Positions 17,292 to 28,019 of a DNA stretch of 64,000 nucleotides are shown here, piece after piece. The stretch is from a virus. The translations under genes were made by a program, and so were the position numbers. A model generated the notes under the pieces. That model did not search any database and had not been told where the DNA came from. It saw only the letters and a list, made by a program, of their open reading frames with translations. The stretch lies in IMG/VR virus record IMGVR_UViG_3300045988_147927, positions 128,001 through 192,000 of that record; one strand, 5' to 3'. Each line of letters starts with the position of its first letter. Positions within the stretch are counted from its first letter, which is position 1.

Positions 17292-19016
17292 ATGGCATGG
17301 TATGATTTATTTATTGGTAAGAGGGGGAATATTACCAATAATAGTAGTCAGAGTGATACAATAGAGGATTTAAATACAATAAAAGAGAATACAACTGGTG
17401 ATATCATACGAGAGGTTAAGATTGTTGAGGATGGTAGAGTAGGTTCTTTTTTTGATGGGAACATAGAATCAATACACTCAAAACAAAATATTAATGAGGG
17501 TAAGGTAAATTTATCACCAAGTAATTTACAACAGTTGATAGGTAATGATGATACAAATGCTTTGGGGCAAGTTATCGATGGTATTCGTGGTGATTATAGT
17601 TTAAGTGATATATTTTTAGAGAATGAAGAAATGTCTAAGGATTCTGTTATAGGTGCAGCTATGGAGATTCTAGCAGATGATTCTTGTACAGTTGATGAAA
17701 CAACTCATTTTGCTATTATGGTAGATTCTACTGATGAGGGGTTAAAGAAATTTATAGAAGATTTTTTGAGAAATAATATCAATATAGAAGATAGGCTTTG
17801 GTCTTGGGCGTATGAGATTGTTAAGCATGGTGATTTTAAACTTAGGAGAAGAGAGTATTATGCTGGTTCTGAAAAGAGTGGTATAAAGTCTGTTTATTAT
17901 GAAGATGTAATAAATCCCTACCTTGTTTCTAGGATTGAGTATATGGGGAACGTATTAGGATATGAGGATGAGGATTATGCCTTTGAGAGTGGTTCATATC
18001 AAGATGCTGGTCAGTTTGGTACTGTTGGTAGTGGTATAAGTGGTAGTGCTAGGTTCGAGAAGAGTGATGAATTTGTTCATTTTATATCATCTAAACTATC
18101 TAAGAGGGAAAAAATTAAGTTAAATGTTAAGAAGGCTGATAACACACGAGAAGAGGTTACTTGTTATCGTGTAGTAGGTACTTCTATAGTAGACAGTGCT
18201 AGGACTATGTTTAGGATTAATGCTTTAATTGATAATATTCTTGTTTTATCACGTATTGCAAGGTCTACACAATTTAACCTTGTAAAGGTTGAGGTTGGTA
18301 ATGCTGGTGCAGGACAAACACAACAAATGTTATCAGATGTTAGAAGGAGATTTCAAGCTAATACTAAGATGCAAAAAGGTGTAGGGTTTAGGTCTGACCC
18401 ATCTCCAATTCCTATAAATAGTAATATTTATCTTCCTACAAGAGATGGTAAGGGTGATGTTACAGTAGAGAGTATTGGTGATGGTGTAGACGTGCAGTCT
18501 ATTGTTGATGTTGATTACTTTACTGATAAACTTTTTGCTAGTTTAAAAGTTCCTAAACAGTATTTAGGTTTTGCAGAATCATTAGGTTCTATGGGTAATA
18601 ATTCCCTTGTTAAACAGGATTTAAGGTATGCTCGTTCTGTTTCTAGGGTTCAACAAATCTTGATTAATGGTATTACAGATTTAGTTGAGAATTACTTAAA
18701 ATATAGGGGTAGAGGTTCTGATGTTGGTGCTTTTAGTATTAGGATGAGACCATTACCTACAAGTGAGACATCAACAAAAGTTGAAGAGTTTGTTTCAAAT
18801 CTACAAATGATTGATTCAAGTAGTGCTTTTTTAGAATCTTATGCTGATTATATTGACAAGGCTAAGTGGTTGAAGTCGATGTTAAATCTTATAAATGTAG
18901 ACCCTAGTGATGTAGCTACAGATAAGTTTAAAGAGATAATCAAGTCTATTGAAGATGGTTCGTATAATGAAGAAGATTTTGCTAGTAGTGAGCCTGAAGA
19001 TAGTGAAATGTATTAG
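17292..19016 (+). CDS. portal protein
   Basis: Position directly after terL, 574 aa, portal-like segment DVDYFTDKLFASLKVPKQYLGF, acidic C-terminus. Confidence 0.65.
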   Translation: MAWYDLFIGKRGNITNNSSQSDTIEDLNTIKENTTGDIIREVKIVEDGRVGSFFDGNIESIHSKQNINEGKVNLSPSNLQQLIGNDDTNALGQVIDGIRGDYSLSDIFLENEEMSKDSVIGAAMEILADDSCTVDETTHFAIMVDSTDEGLKKFIEDFLRNNINIEDRLWSWAYEIVKHGDFKLRRREYYAGSEKSGIKSVYYEDVINPYLVSRIEYMGNVLGYEDEDYAFESGSYQDAGQFGTVGSGISGSARFEKSDEFVHFISSKLSKREKIKLNVKKADNTREEVTCYRVVGTSIVDSARTMFRINALIDNILVLSRIARSTQFNLVKVEVGNAGAGQTQQMLSDVRRRFQANTKMQKGVGFRSDPSPIPINSNIYLPTRDGKGDVTVESIGDGVDVQSIVDVDYFTDKLFASLKVPKQYLGFAESLGSMGNNSLVKQDLRYARSVSRVQQILINGITDLVENYLKYRGRGSDVGAFSIRMRPLPTSETSTKVEEFVSNLQMIDSSSAFLESYADYIDKAKWLKSMLNLINVDPSDVATDKFKEIIKSIEDGSYNEEDFASSEPEDSEMY

Positions 19017-19053
19017 TTGTTAATGTATGGACATTAATGTATAATATTAGTAT

Positions 19054-19299
19054 ATGATTTTTTACTTTATTAGATGGTGGTGCTACATTTTGGCTAGATA
19101 TGTTCCTTGTAAGGATTGTTCTGATAGATACATTGGTTGTCATAGTAAATGTGATAAATATGCTTTATTTAAATTAAATGGTGAGGTACAAAAGATTCGT
19201 AGGATTAATGAAATAGATGTAGATTCCTATTACATTAAGAAGAATTTAAAGTTACGAGATAAGTACAAAGGTGATTATTATGTCAGAGTTATTAAATAA
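19054..19299 (+). CDS. small cysteine-rich protein
   Basis: CKDCSDRYIGCHSKCDKY cluster, reminiscent of Cys-rich phage proteins. Confidence 0.4.
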   Translation: MIFYFIRWWCYILARYVPCKDCSDRYIGCHSKCDKYALFKLNGEVQKIRRINEIDVDSYYIKKNLKLRDKYKGDYYVRVIK

Positions 19300-19678
19300 T
19301 TCATTATTTGATAGGCTAGAGGAGGCTATATTAAATAATGATATAGAGTTGGTAAAAGAGATTGAAAGTCAGATTATTAGTGGTAAAGATTATTCTTTAG
19401 ATAAAGATATGATTCTTTCTATTATTAAGAAGGAACCAGGTAGGGTTATTAAAAATATTATTAATTCTGATGACTTTGATGAGATATCTTCTATGAAGGC
19501 TTGTAGCTCTCTTTTAACGCATAATATCATAGAGGCACAAATAACTGGTAGGTCTATTGAGGATTATCCTGTTAAGGAATTATATGTTATACTTGGTAAG
19601 TTTATTAATGATGGTTTAGATGAGGGTAAGAATGAGTTCAAAAAATTTGTTACTGAGAGATACAAAAAATTCATTTAG
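19271..19678 (+). CDS. hypothetical protein
   Basis: ORF only. Confidence 0.4.
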   Translation: MIIMSELLNNSLFDRLEEAILNNDIELVKEIESQIISGKDYSLDKDMILSIIKKEPGRVIKNIINSDDFDEISSMKACSSLLTHNIIEAQITGRSIEDYPVKELYVILGKFINDGLDEGKNEFKKFVTERYKKFI

Positions 19679-20468
19679 CCTTGACTTGGGAGATGTTCTA
19701 GGTGAGCATCTCCCTTTTTCTTTTTTAATAGATACTGACAGAGATGCTAGATACTATGAAGATTTCATGACTAAATATCAAGCAATAGCTTTTGATGGTA
19801 GATATGATAAGTATCTTAAAGAAGGGTACACATTACAAGAGATTAATGAGGCTACTAAGAAGGAGTTATTACAGGGTGCTGATAGTGCTAGAAAAAAGAG
19901 AGCGAAAAAGTTAATCACTAAATATGTAGGTGTTAATAATGATGGGTGTGTAGAGTTCTTAACGAATAGTCAATACACTCCGAATAAGAAATATCAGCAA
20001 CTTATAAAATTGAATGATGTTAAAGATATAGGTGCTTTAAAAGAGTTTAAAAAGAGTGATATAACTCGATTATTATTAAATGGGGATTTATCTGTATATT
20101 GTAGTTGTGAAGATTTTTTATATAAAGGCTATAAATATATGGCTTGGAATATGGGGTATGGTTTAGATAAGGAGAATAGATTCCCTAAAATCAAAAACCC
20201 TAGATTAGAGGGTACTATATGCAAGCATTTGATAGCTGTATTGACAGTTATTATGTTTAATAATGCTAAAATATCTTCTGATATATTCAAATCTAGAGTT
20301 GTTGGTAAGATGAGGACTAAGGGAAATACAAATCTAAGTAAGTTGAGGGAAAAGGAAGTAATTTCAAAGAGAAGTTATTGGAAAGGTTTGGGTAAAGGGA
20401 TTGCTAAGTCTAGGAATAGTAGAGCAAGGTCTAAGATTAGGGCAAATAAGGTTAGTAGGCATAGGTAA
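19632..20468 (+). CDS. SWIM zinc-finger protein
   Basis: CSCEDF...ICKHLIAV fits CxC...CxH. Basic C-terminal tail. Start is ambiguous (19620 or 19632). Confidence 0.5.
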   Translation: MSSKNLLLRDTKNSFSLDLGDVLGEHLPFSFLIDTDRDARYYEDFMTKYQAIAFDGRYDKYLKEGYTLQEINEATKKELLQGADSARKKRAKKLITKYVGVNNDGCVEFLTNSQYTPNKKYQQLIKLNDVKDIGALKEFKKSDITRLLLNGDLSVYCSCEDFLYKGYKYMAWNMGYGLDKENRFPKIKNPRLEGTICKHLIAVLTVIMFNNAKISSDIFKSRVVGKMRTKGNTNLSKLREKEVISKRSYWKGLGKGIAKSRNSRARSKIRANKVSRHR

Positions 20469-20516
20469 TATATATAAATTTATATAAGTTTATTTTTTGT
20501 GTAAGGAGTATGAATT

Positions 20517-22070
20517 TTGTCTAGGTATTTATTAAAATTTAAATTAGACTCTCCATCTGTTAGAAGTATTTTTGGTGATAAACTTAGGGATATTTATCAT
20601 TTACCGGATTTAAAAGATACTAATATTAAGAATAAAGAGGCTAAGAATATCTATACCAGTCTTTTTAGAAATTTAGAAATTAGTAAGGCTAATGATAAGT
20701 CAGTTAGTAATACACAAGAATCTTTACCGTCAGGTTTTGCTGTTGTTGAAGGTGAAGAGATTATGTGTAGTTATGAAGATTCTGATGTACAGACATACAA
20801 GTTGTTTGGTATGGATGTTGGTGAGGATTTTTGTTCCTATGTAAAGTCATATAGTGGGAGTTTTCAAGTTTATAACTTATATAACCCTGATTGGATTTTA
20901 AGTCTGAATATAAAGGTTAGAAGGAGTGATAATACTTTTATTAGTGATAATTTGGTTAGTGAGGTAGCTAATAGTGTTTTCGGTTCTTCTGCTGGGTATG
21001 ATATTGCAAGGGCTGTAGCGACTGCTATGAAATGTGGTGGTCTTTATCAGATGCAAAAAGAAATTGATAGTAATGATAGTAGTAGAACAGTTCAGGAGAT
21101 TCTAGGGAGTAGTATTTTTAGTGATATTGTTAGAGCCTATACAGAAGATAATTCATCTGAGGATAATAATACTGTTTTACCTGATAGTGTTGTATACAAT
21201 ATCGTTAAAAGTAAGGATGAAGTTATTAGAGATGCCAAAGGTGATTTAGGTGGCAATGATGTTCCTCTAATTGTGTTAAAATACTTATTCACTTATTGGG
21301 GGATTGTTGCTGATAACTATGCTAGAATCAAAGGTGCATTAGGTACTATTGATACATTGTCATATATCATGAGGCTACAGTTAGGGGATAAGAAATTCTT
21401 TAAAGACTTTAGGGATTGCTATGAGATTTATGAGAATGATGAGTCTAGTCTTGATAATGAAGATTTCTCTAGTGCTAAGTTGTTAGATAAAGTTACTTCT
21501 CCTGTATCTGTTTCTTTTGGTGGGATTAGTATTAATATTCCTTATTATGATTACCCTATAAATTGCCCTGCTTTTGAAGCTCTTAAAAATATTGATATTA
21601 CTTCTTCTTTTAGGGATGTTATGGAGTCAAATGTGGATATGTATGATACGTTTGACTTAGTTGATACTATTGATATGAGTGATGAAGAAGTACAGGCTAT
21701 GGCTAATATAGATGCTTTAAGGTATATGGATAATGGTGAGTCTACTTTTAATATATCATCCTACGATATGTCTAATGAGGAAGAGAGGAGTTTATTCTTT
21801 GAGTCTGCAATTAAGACATATGATAAGAAGTTAAAAGTATATAAACCTGAGAAAAATAATGCAGTAGTAAATTCATTATTTGATGTTATCGAGAGAGGAA
21901 GTCTTGAATCACTAAAACTAATGCCTGTGTCTGATACTGTTGATGGTAGTGATAATGTTGTTAATTTGACTGGTACAGAGTTGCAATTACAAGCTGATAA
22001 GAAAGTACTTAGGAGAGTATTGATGTTGGTAAGTAAGTTGAGTGCTAAATTATTAAAACAGTTCTTATAG
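20517..22070 (+). CDS. hypothetical protein (head-module position)
   Basis: TTG start with RBS aaggag. Confidence 0.45.
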   Translation: MSRYLLKFKLDSPSVRSIFGDKLRDIYHLPDLKDTNIKNKEAKNIYTSLFRNLEISKANDKSVSNTQESLPSGFAVVEGEEIMCSYEDSDVQTYKLFGMDVGEDFCSYVKSYSGSFQVYNLYNPDWILSLNIKVRRSDNTFISDNLVSEVANSVFGSSAGYDIARAVATAMKCGGLYQMQKEIDSNDSSRTVQEILGSSIFSDIVRAYTEDNSSEDNNTVLPDSVVYNIVKSKDEVIRDAKGDLGGNDVPLIVLKYLFTYWGIVADNYARIKGALGTIDTLSYIMRLQLGDKKFFKDFRDCYEIYENDESSLDNEDFSSAKLLDKVTSPVSVSFGGISINIPYYDYPINCPAFEALKNIDITSSFRDVMESNVDMYDTFDLVDTIDMSDEEVQAMANIDALRYMDNGESTFNISSYDMSNEEERSLFFESAIKTYDKKLKVYKPEKNNAVVNSLFDVIERGSLESLKLMPVSDTVDGSDNVVNLTGTELQLQADKKVLRRVLMLVSKLSAKLLKQFL

Positions 22071-22085
22071 TGTCGAGAGATTCTA

Positions 22086-23384
22086 ATGGATATAATTACT
22101 AAAGATAATAGATACTTTATTCAGATAGATGAGTTAGATGGGTTACATAAGAATTTAGGTTTGAGTAATTCATTTATAAGAAGTGTGCAGATAGCAAATA
22201 GGTCTGTCAAGATAAAGAATGGGTTAGATATTGATAAAAATTACCTAGTGATTGATAGAGTTACTGATAATGATGCGACATTTATTAATCTTTTTGGTAT
22301 ATGTGTTGATACAAAGACATTTAATATAGCTTTTGGTTTAAATGTTGAATCAGATGATTATATTTTAGTTGGAAATGTTGGCAAATTATTATGTAATGTG
22401 CTAGAGATTAAAAGGTTGCCTGATTGGTTTGATGTTAAGTATCTGCTAGGTTTACTTAAATATGATACAGTTAATACTATATACAATTTTGATAAGATAT
22501 TAGTTGAGATGTATAAGTGTAATTTTAATTGTGATGTTGATACTAGCAATTCTATTGTATATGAGATTGTTAAGCAAAAAGAGTCAGAAAAAGATACGTT
22601 TATTAATGACCCTTTAATTCATAAAGTTATGTATAGCAATACTTTGTACTTATATAAATTTATTAATAAGTGTTTAGTTATACATCAGACCTTTACAAGA
22701 CAGGCAATGTTTTTCTTTAACAATTTTATATTAGAGAGTTCATATGATGAGATGTACTCTAATTATCTTATGTTGTTTTCAAGTGGTGAATTTTCAATCA
22801 AGAATTTATATCAATATTCAGATAGTAATGTTGATATGCTGTATTTGTATTATTTGAGTAAAGGTATTCCTTGTGTATACTTAAATGCATTAATGTCTTA
22901 TGCTTTGTTTTTGAGGCAGAGAGTTATAATGTTTAAAAATTTAAAGAGGTCAAATGTATTGTCTAATATGGATAGTATTGTTAGATGTGCTTTGAAGATA
23001 CAGTCTAGTTGTTATAGTAGTAATGATAAATCACAGATATTTGTATATAATTGTATTCAGTTGTTGAAATATAAAGATAAGTATGACATATTTGTTTTTG
23101 CCATAGATAGCAATAATACATATTTAGTTGAGTATATATTAAGTGGGTTAGGGATACTTGATATGCTTAGTGATAATAATATAAGTGTTGTTGAGTTTTG
23201 TAAGTATACATTAGATTACGATAAGAATGTGCAGTGTTTAGTTGATGGGATGTCTTTGTATAGAAAACCAATAATAGATGGACAGTCTAATTTTGTTCAT
23301 GTTGGTGTGTCAAGGATATACAATGTGTGTAAGACATTTAATACGTTTAGTAAGTCATTATTGAATTTATTTAATAGAGATTGA
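22086..23384 (+). CDS. hypothetical protein
   Basis: ORF only. Confidence 0.45.
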   Translation: MDIITKDNRYFIQIDELDGLHKNLGLSNSFIRSVQIANRSVKIKNGLDIDKNYLVIDRVTDNDATFINLFGICVDTKTFNIAFGLNVESDDYILVGNVGKLLCNVLEIKRLPDWFDVKYLLGLLKYDTVNTIYNFDKILVEMYKCNFNCDVDTSNSIVYEIVKQKESEKDTFINDPLIHKVMYSNTLYLYKFINKCLVIHQTFTRQAMFFFNNFILESSYDEMYSNYLMLFSSGEFSIKNLYQYSDSNVDMLYLYYLSKGIPCVYLNALMSYALFLRQRVIMFKNLKRSNVLSNMDSIVRCALKIQSSCYSSNDKSQIFVYNCIQLLKYKDKYDIFVFAIDSNNTYLVEYILSGLGILDMLSDNNISVVEFCKYTLDYDKNVQCLVDGMSLYRKPIIDGQSNFVHVGVSRIYNVCKTFNTFSKSLLNLFNRD

Positions 23385-23998
23385 GGGGGTTGCAGTTGAG
23401 GGGTTACTTATTTTATAAGGATAAGACTTTGATAGAATTACGAAAGTTTCTAACAAGTGGTGATTCTATTTTTGGCAAGTTTAGACCACAGGCTATGGAT
23501 TTCATCAAGTATGCTAAGAATGAGTTAGATACTGAGCTTGATACAATGGCAAATAATGGTGGGTTTGAGTTGGATAGTATTGTACTTGAAAAAGTCTTTC
23601 CTACAAAATATAAATGGTTTGTTAGAGATGTCAAGTTAAAGGCTCTTAGGTCTTATTTAAAAGAAGTTGAGTCAAGGATACAAGAGTTTCAAGGTGGTAA
23701 AGAGGATAATTTAAGGTTATTGATAGGGGTACACTTTTTAAGGTTTGTTTTATTGACAAAATTAGTTACATTATATGTATCTACATATAGTGAGATGAAA
23801 AGAGTGGGTTTGAATGTTGATAATCTAACAATAAGTGAGATTGGTATAGGTCAATCAATTTTAAAATACATTCTATCTTTTGAAGAGTTTGACAATAAGA
23901 CTATAGATGATTGGTTGAATTTGGTAGTAGATAGTAATTTGATGAAATATTATTTCTCTACAATGAAGAGAATAATGTCTATTTTAGATTTTAAGTAA
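23381..23998 (+). CDS. hypothetical protein
   Basis: ORF; alternative TTG start at 23396 after gaggggg. Confidence 0.4.
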   Translation: MRGLQLRGYLFYKDKTLIELRKFLTSGDSIFGKFRPQAMDFIKYAKNELDTELDTMANNGGFELDSIVLEKVFPTKYKWFVRDVKLKALRSYLKEVESRIQEFQGGKEDNLRLLIGVHFLRFVLLTKLVTLYVSTYSEMKRVGLNVDNLTISEIGIGQSILKYILSFEEFDNKTIDDWLNLVVDSNLMKYYFSTMKRIMSILDFK

Positions 23999-24012
23999 TA
24001 TAGGGGATATAG

Positions 24013-27000
24013 ATGTATAGTATTAATAACTTTTTCCCTTTTATTGATAGGGCTGATTTTGTAAGGAATATTAGGGAAGTTCATAATATTTCTGAATTTT
24101 TTGGGTTTGAAGTTACAAAGACTGATTTTGATGTGGATACTAAGGGTGATAGTCATGTCTTAAAGGCATATAGGGTATTACCTAGTAACACACTATTTTT
24201 AATGGAAGTTCCTAGTGTTGTAAAAGATGTATTTAATGGTATTTATGGGCAGGAAGTTACTGTAGATATTATTGAATTAGATTATCAAGGAATTTCTAAT
24301 TTAATTAATTGTGAAGAAGTGAATGACAGTCTATGTGCTACTTTATATTGTAATGGTGGTTTTGATTCAGAGAATATTATTACAGATACTTTTATAAATG
24401 CTTGCGGTAATGGTATCGAAGTTCCTTATGATGTAGCAAAAGATTTCCTTATTCTAGAAGATTCTGATAGAAAGTCTAGGGATGTAAATATAAATGATTG
24501 GTTGTATGATAATGAGCATATTGATGAAAGTTATATTATGGAGTCAGCTGCTGATACATTACAACTGTTAAAAGATAGACGTAAGAATGGTAAAGATAAC
24601 TATGCTGAGGAAGTTAAAGGTAAGGATGCAATTTACACTTGGTTAGATGCTTATTTCTCTTTACCTGAAGGTGAGGAAATTAAAAGTGGTGGTAGGGAAG
24701 TTGTTCCACTTTTAATAGGGCCAACCGCCGTTTTCAAATCTGCTACAATTAAAGAATTGTGTAAAAAGTATAATTACAGAATGGTTGACTTTAGGGTTGC
24801 ATTTACTTCTAGGTTGGATTATAGTGGTCTATTTCAAATTGGTGAGGTAGAGGGTAAGAAGTATAGCTATGCTTGTCCTATGGAAGAATTGGTTGTATGT
24901 TCTGATGGTTTCCGTGAGTTTTGTAAGCAGTCTTATCAAAAATTAGAAGATATTTTACAAAAGGGGTATATTGAAAAAGATGTAGCCTCTGATGGTAATG
25001 TAGTTGAGAAAGAGCAACAAACCATATCAGATGAGCAGAGAGAGAAGATTGTAAAATTACAATTACAATATAAGGAGTACATGAAAACACCAGTACTATT
25101 CTTTGATGAAATTACACGTTGCTCTAATAAAGGTGTTAATGGTATTCTTGTACAATTATTGAATCAAAAAAGATTAAATGATATGACATTTAATGGGTGT
25201 AAATTTGTTGCCGCTACAAACTTAGATATTCAAAAGGGTTTAGAACGTGAAGAGTATAAGATGGAGTTAGAGACATTATATGATGTTAATACTGACCTTG
25301 ATGTTGCGTACTCCAATAGGTTCATTCCTTTGAAGGTATATCCTGAAGATGTTCAAGATAGATGGTTTGAGTGGGCAAAATCTTTAACATCTAAGAAAGG
25401 ATTTACAGATACACCTAATATACACCCAGTAGTATTAGAGTTCTTAGAGAAGAATAGGGATTATGTATATAATGATAAACCTGTAATAGATGCTATTGCT
25501 AATGGATTATCAGATAATGAACAAAGAACAGCAGTTTTCCCTAATTATCGTACATGGGATATGTTGTCTGAGTACTTGTATTCTATTGATGAGAGTGCTA
25601 GTATTGACAATGATGATAAAGATGGTGCAGAAGAGAAGTTATATAAGCGTAGATTAGTTGAGGGTTATATATCTAAGTGGTGTTGTGATAAGTTTTTACC
25701 TTTCTTAGAATCAAAAGGATATAAAGAATATGATTCTGTTAAAGAACCAGTAGAAGATACTGTAAGTGATTTTCTAGATACTGCTTTAGAGAATAATTCT
25801 CCTGCCATGTTAATCGGGCCGTCATCATTAGGTAAGACCAGCAGGGTTAAAGCATATATGAAAAAAGTTAAGTTACGTACTGGTTTAGAGCCAGTTTTAA
25901 TTAATGTAAACTTAGCTAGTAAAGATGCTGTTGACCTTATGGGTATGCCTGTTAAACAATCATTAACTGAATATGTTGGTGGTGGTATATTAAAGGGTTC
26001 AGGTTTAGAAGAGGTTTCTAAAGAATTACAGAATATTGTAAAAAGTGTTTCTAGTGATATCAAATATGGTATGACAGATTTATTGACTTTGAGGGCGCCA
26101 GACAAGACTGTTAAGGATAGGTTTATCACTGCACTTAAAGAGGGTAGAGAAGTTATTTTATTCTTTGATGAAGTTAATAGGGTTCAATCAAGTACTGTCA
26201 CTTCTGCCGTTTTTGAGGCTGTTTCAGATAGTAGGTTTGGTGGTGTAGATTTTTCTGAGTATAAAGACAGAGTAAAAATCATCGCAGCTTGTAATATGGC
26301 TTGGGAAGGTATGGAAGAAGATGGTGGTGGTTATGGTGATACTGGTACACTAGACCCTGCATTTGCCGCTAGGTTCTCTATTTATTGGAAAAAAGAATAT
26401 GATGAGCAGGATGTTAAGTCTTGGATTAGTTTTATGGAGTCTGAGAGAGAAGATGGTACTATTGATGGTACATTACTAGATTTCTTTAAAGATTTAGATA
26501 CTAAACAGGCTTTAAAAATTATGGCTAGTGTAGAAAAACGTACATTAGAAGATGCACAACCTTCTACTCGTAATATGTTACAGCTGTCAAAAGATATAAA
26601 ATCTATGCGTGGTAGGAATACATCTAAAGGTTTTATGCCGAAGGCTTTCAATGGTAAAATATTGTTTACTGACGATGTTCAAGCACAATATGAAAACTTG
26701 GTATTTGATAGGCAGTCTAATTCATTAGAAGTTCAAGTTCAAAAAACTATTAAGTTTATAGATTCATTGTTGTATGGTAAAGACTTATGGGAGTCTTTAT
26801 TAATAAATGATTCTGTAAAAGTAGGTGGTACTTCAATTTCTGCAAGTGATATTGTAGATAGTTTGGAGGCTTGTTCTTTAGATTTAAAACAGTACAACTT
26901 AAAGGCTATGTCATCTGATGATAGAGATGAGTGTAGTAATACTCTTGATTTGGTTCAGGATTTAGCAGATTTTATTAGGAGTTTAGATATCAAGACTTCT

Positions 27001-27528
27001 AATAAACGTGAAGATATTTTCAAAATGTATCTAGGTGAGAGTATTCTTGGTGAGTTTACAAAATACTTTAACAATACTTTTGGTACAGGATTAGACGAAG
27101 ATATTACTATAGAACAGTTAAAAGATGATACTTTGATTATTCCTTATATGAAGTTAGTACAAAGGAATTTCTCTAAGTTTAGTGGTAATACTGAAAAGAT
27201 TGTTAATTACTGTTTAGGTTTGTGTAAAGACTTTATGGGTGTTCATGGGACATCATTACCTAATAAACATTATGCTATGTTTTTGAGTGGTATTAAGGAT
27301 ATATTACCTAATGCTGATAATATGGTTCTTTTCTTGCGATTGTCTGGTGAAGATATTGAAAAGATGTATGAAATGGCAGAGGCTGTGGGTGATGATTGGA
27401 TTATAGATATCACAAGTGATTATGGTACTCGTGTTACTAAAGAATATATTGATAATATTCGAAAACTAATTAGTGATAGCAAAAAAACAAAGAAAAGTAT
27501 TAGTAAATCTAAGTTTACAGTTTTATAG
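24013..27528 (+). CDS. tandem AAA+ ATPase, MoxR/CobS/dynein-related (AAA_5-like)
   Basis: Module 1: LLIGPTAVFKS + VLFFDEITR. Module 2: MLIGPSSLGKTS + ILFFDEVNR. Confidence 0.7.
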   Translation: MYSINNFFPFIDRADFVRNIREVHNISEFFGFEVTKTDFDVDTKGDSHVLKAYRVLPSNTLFLMEVPSVVKDVFNGIYGQEVTVDIIELDYQGISNLINCEEVNDSLCATLYCNGGFDSENIITDTFINACGNGIEVPYDVAKDFLILEDSDRKSRDVNINDWLYDNEHIDESYIMESAADTLQLLKDRRKNGKDNYAEEVKGKDAIYTWLDAYFSLPEGEEIKSGGREVVPLLIGPTAVFKSATIKELCKKYNYRMVDFRVAFTSRLDYSGLFQIGEVEGKKYSYACPMEELVVCSDGFREFCKQSYQKLEDILQKGYIEKDVASDGNVVEKEQQTISDEQREKIVKLQLQYKEYMKTPVLFFDEITRCSNKGVNGILVQLLNQKRLNDMTFNGCKFVAATNLDIQKGLEREEYKMELETLYDVNTDLDVAYSNRFIPLKVYPEDVQDRWFEWAKSLTSKKGFTDTPNIHPVVLEFLEKNRDYVYNDKPVIDAIANGLSDNEQRTAVFPNYRTWDMLSEYLYSIDESASIDNDDKDGAEEKLYKRRLVEGYISKWCCDKFLPFLESKGYKEYDSVKEPVEDTVSDFLDTALENNSPAMLIGPSSLGKTSRVKAYMKKVKLRTGLEPVLINVNLASKDAVDLMGMPVKQSLTEYVGGGILKGSGLEEVSKELQNIVKSVSSDIKYGMTDLLTLRAPDKTVKDRFITALKEGREVILFFDEVNRVQSSTVTSAVFEAVSDSRFGGVDFSEYKDRVKIIAACNMAWEGMEEDGGGYGDTGTLDPAFAARFSIYWKKEYDEQDVKSWISFMESEREDGTIDGTLLDFFKDLDTKQALKIMASVEKRTLEDAQPSTRNMLQLSKDIKSMRGRNTSKGFMPKAFNGKILFTDDVQAQYENLVFDRQSNSLEVQVQKTIKFIDSLLYGKDLWESLLINDSVKVGGTSISASDIVDSLEACSLDLKQYNLKAMSSDDRDECSNTLDLVQDLADFIRSLDIKTSNKREDIFKMYLGESILGEFTKYFNNTFGTGLDEDITIEQLKDDTLIIPYMKLVQRNFSKFSGNTEKIVNYCLGLCKDFMGVHGTSLPNKHYAMFLSGIKDILPNADNMVLFLRLSGEDIEKMYEMAEAVGDDWIIDITSDYGTRVTKEYIDNIRKLISDSKKTKKSISKSKFTVL

Positions 27529-27601
27529 TTTAGTATTTTAAGTAGAGGTGGTAGTAGCAGATATGTAGTAGTATAAATGTTACTACTATCTCTATTATTT
27601 T

Positions 27602-28009
27602 ATGAGAGGTAAAATTCTTATGTTGGATGTTTCTTATATTGATAATTTTGTAAGTAGATTACCTATAGATAGTATGGATTTTGGGGATAATGTTATTTCT
27701 AATGGTGATATTGTTGAGTGTTATGCTCCAGAATACAGTTTTTCTATTATTAATAATGCTATAAGGAGTTATAACCCTTATAGTTCTAAGATTGTTGATA
27801 ATGGCACTACATATGTTGAGGTTAAAGATACTATTTATGTTGATGGGTTAAAGACAGATGTAAGGTATCTATTTTTACAAGGTGACTTTGGTAAGGGTAC
27901 TAGGGTTAAAATGATTACTGATAGTGTATATGCCTATGTTAATCACGAGGTTAAGCAATTTAGTGGGTTCAATACATATAGTGCTTATATTGATAAATTC
28001 GTAGTGTAG
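27602..28009 (+). CDS. hypothetical protein
   Basis: ORF; a likelier start is ATG 27620 after gagagg. Confidence 0.4.
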   Translation: MRGKILMLDVSYIDNFVSRLPIDSMDFGDNVISNGDIVECYAPEYSFSIINNAIRSYNPYSSKIVDNGTTYVEVKDTIYVDGLKTDVRYLFLQGDFGKGTRVKMITDSVYAYVNHEVKQFSGFNTYSAYIDKFVV

Positions 28010-28019
28010 AGGTGACAAT

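Noticed and set aside
19620-19678. Programmed frameshift between ORF 19271-19678 and ORF 19620-20468
   Set aside because: There is no slippery heptamer, in-frame ATGs at 19620 and 19632 give ordinary overlapping starts, and there is no tail-chaperone context.
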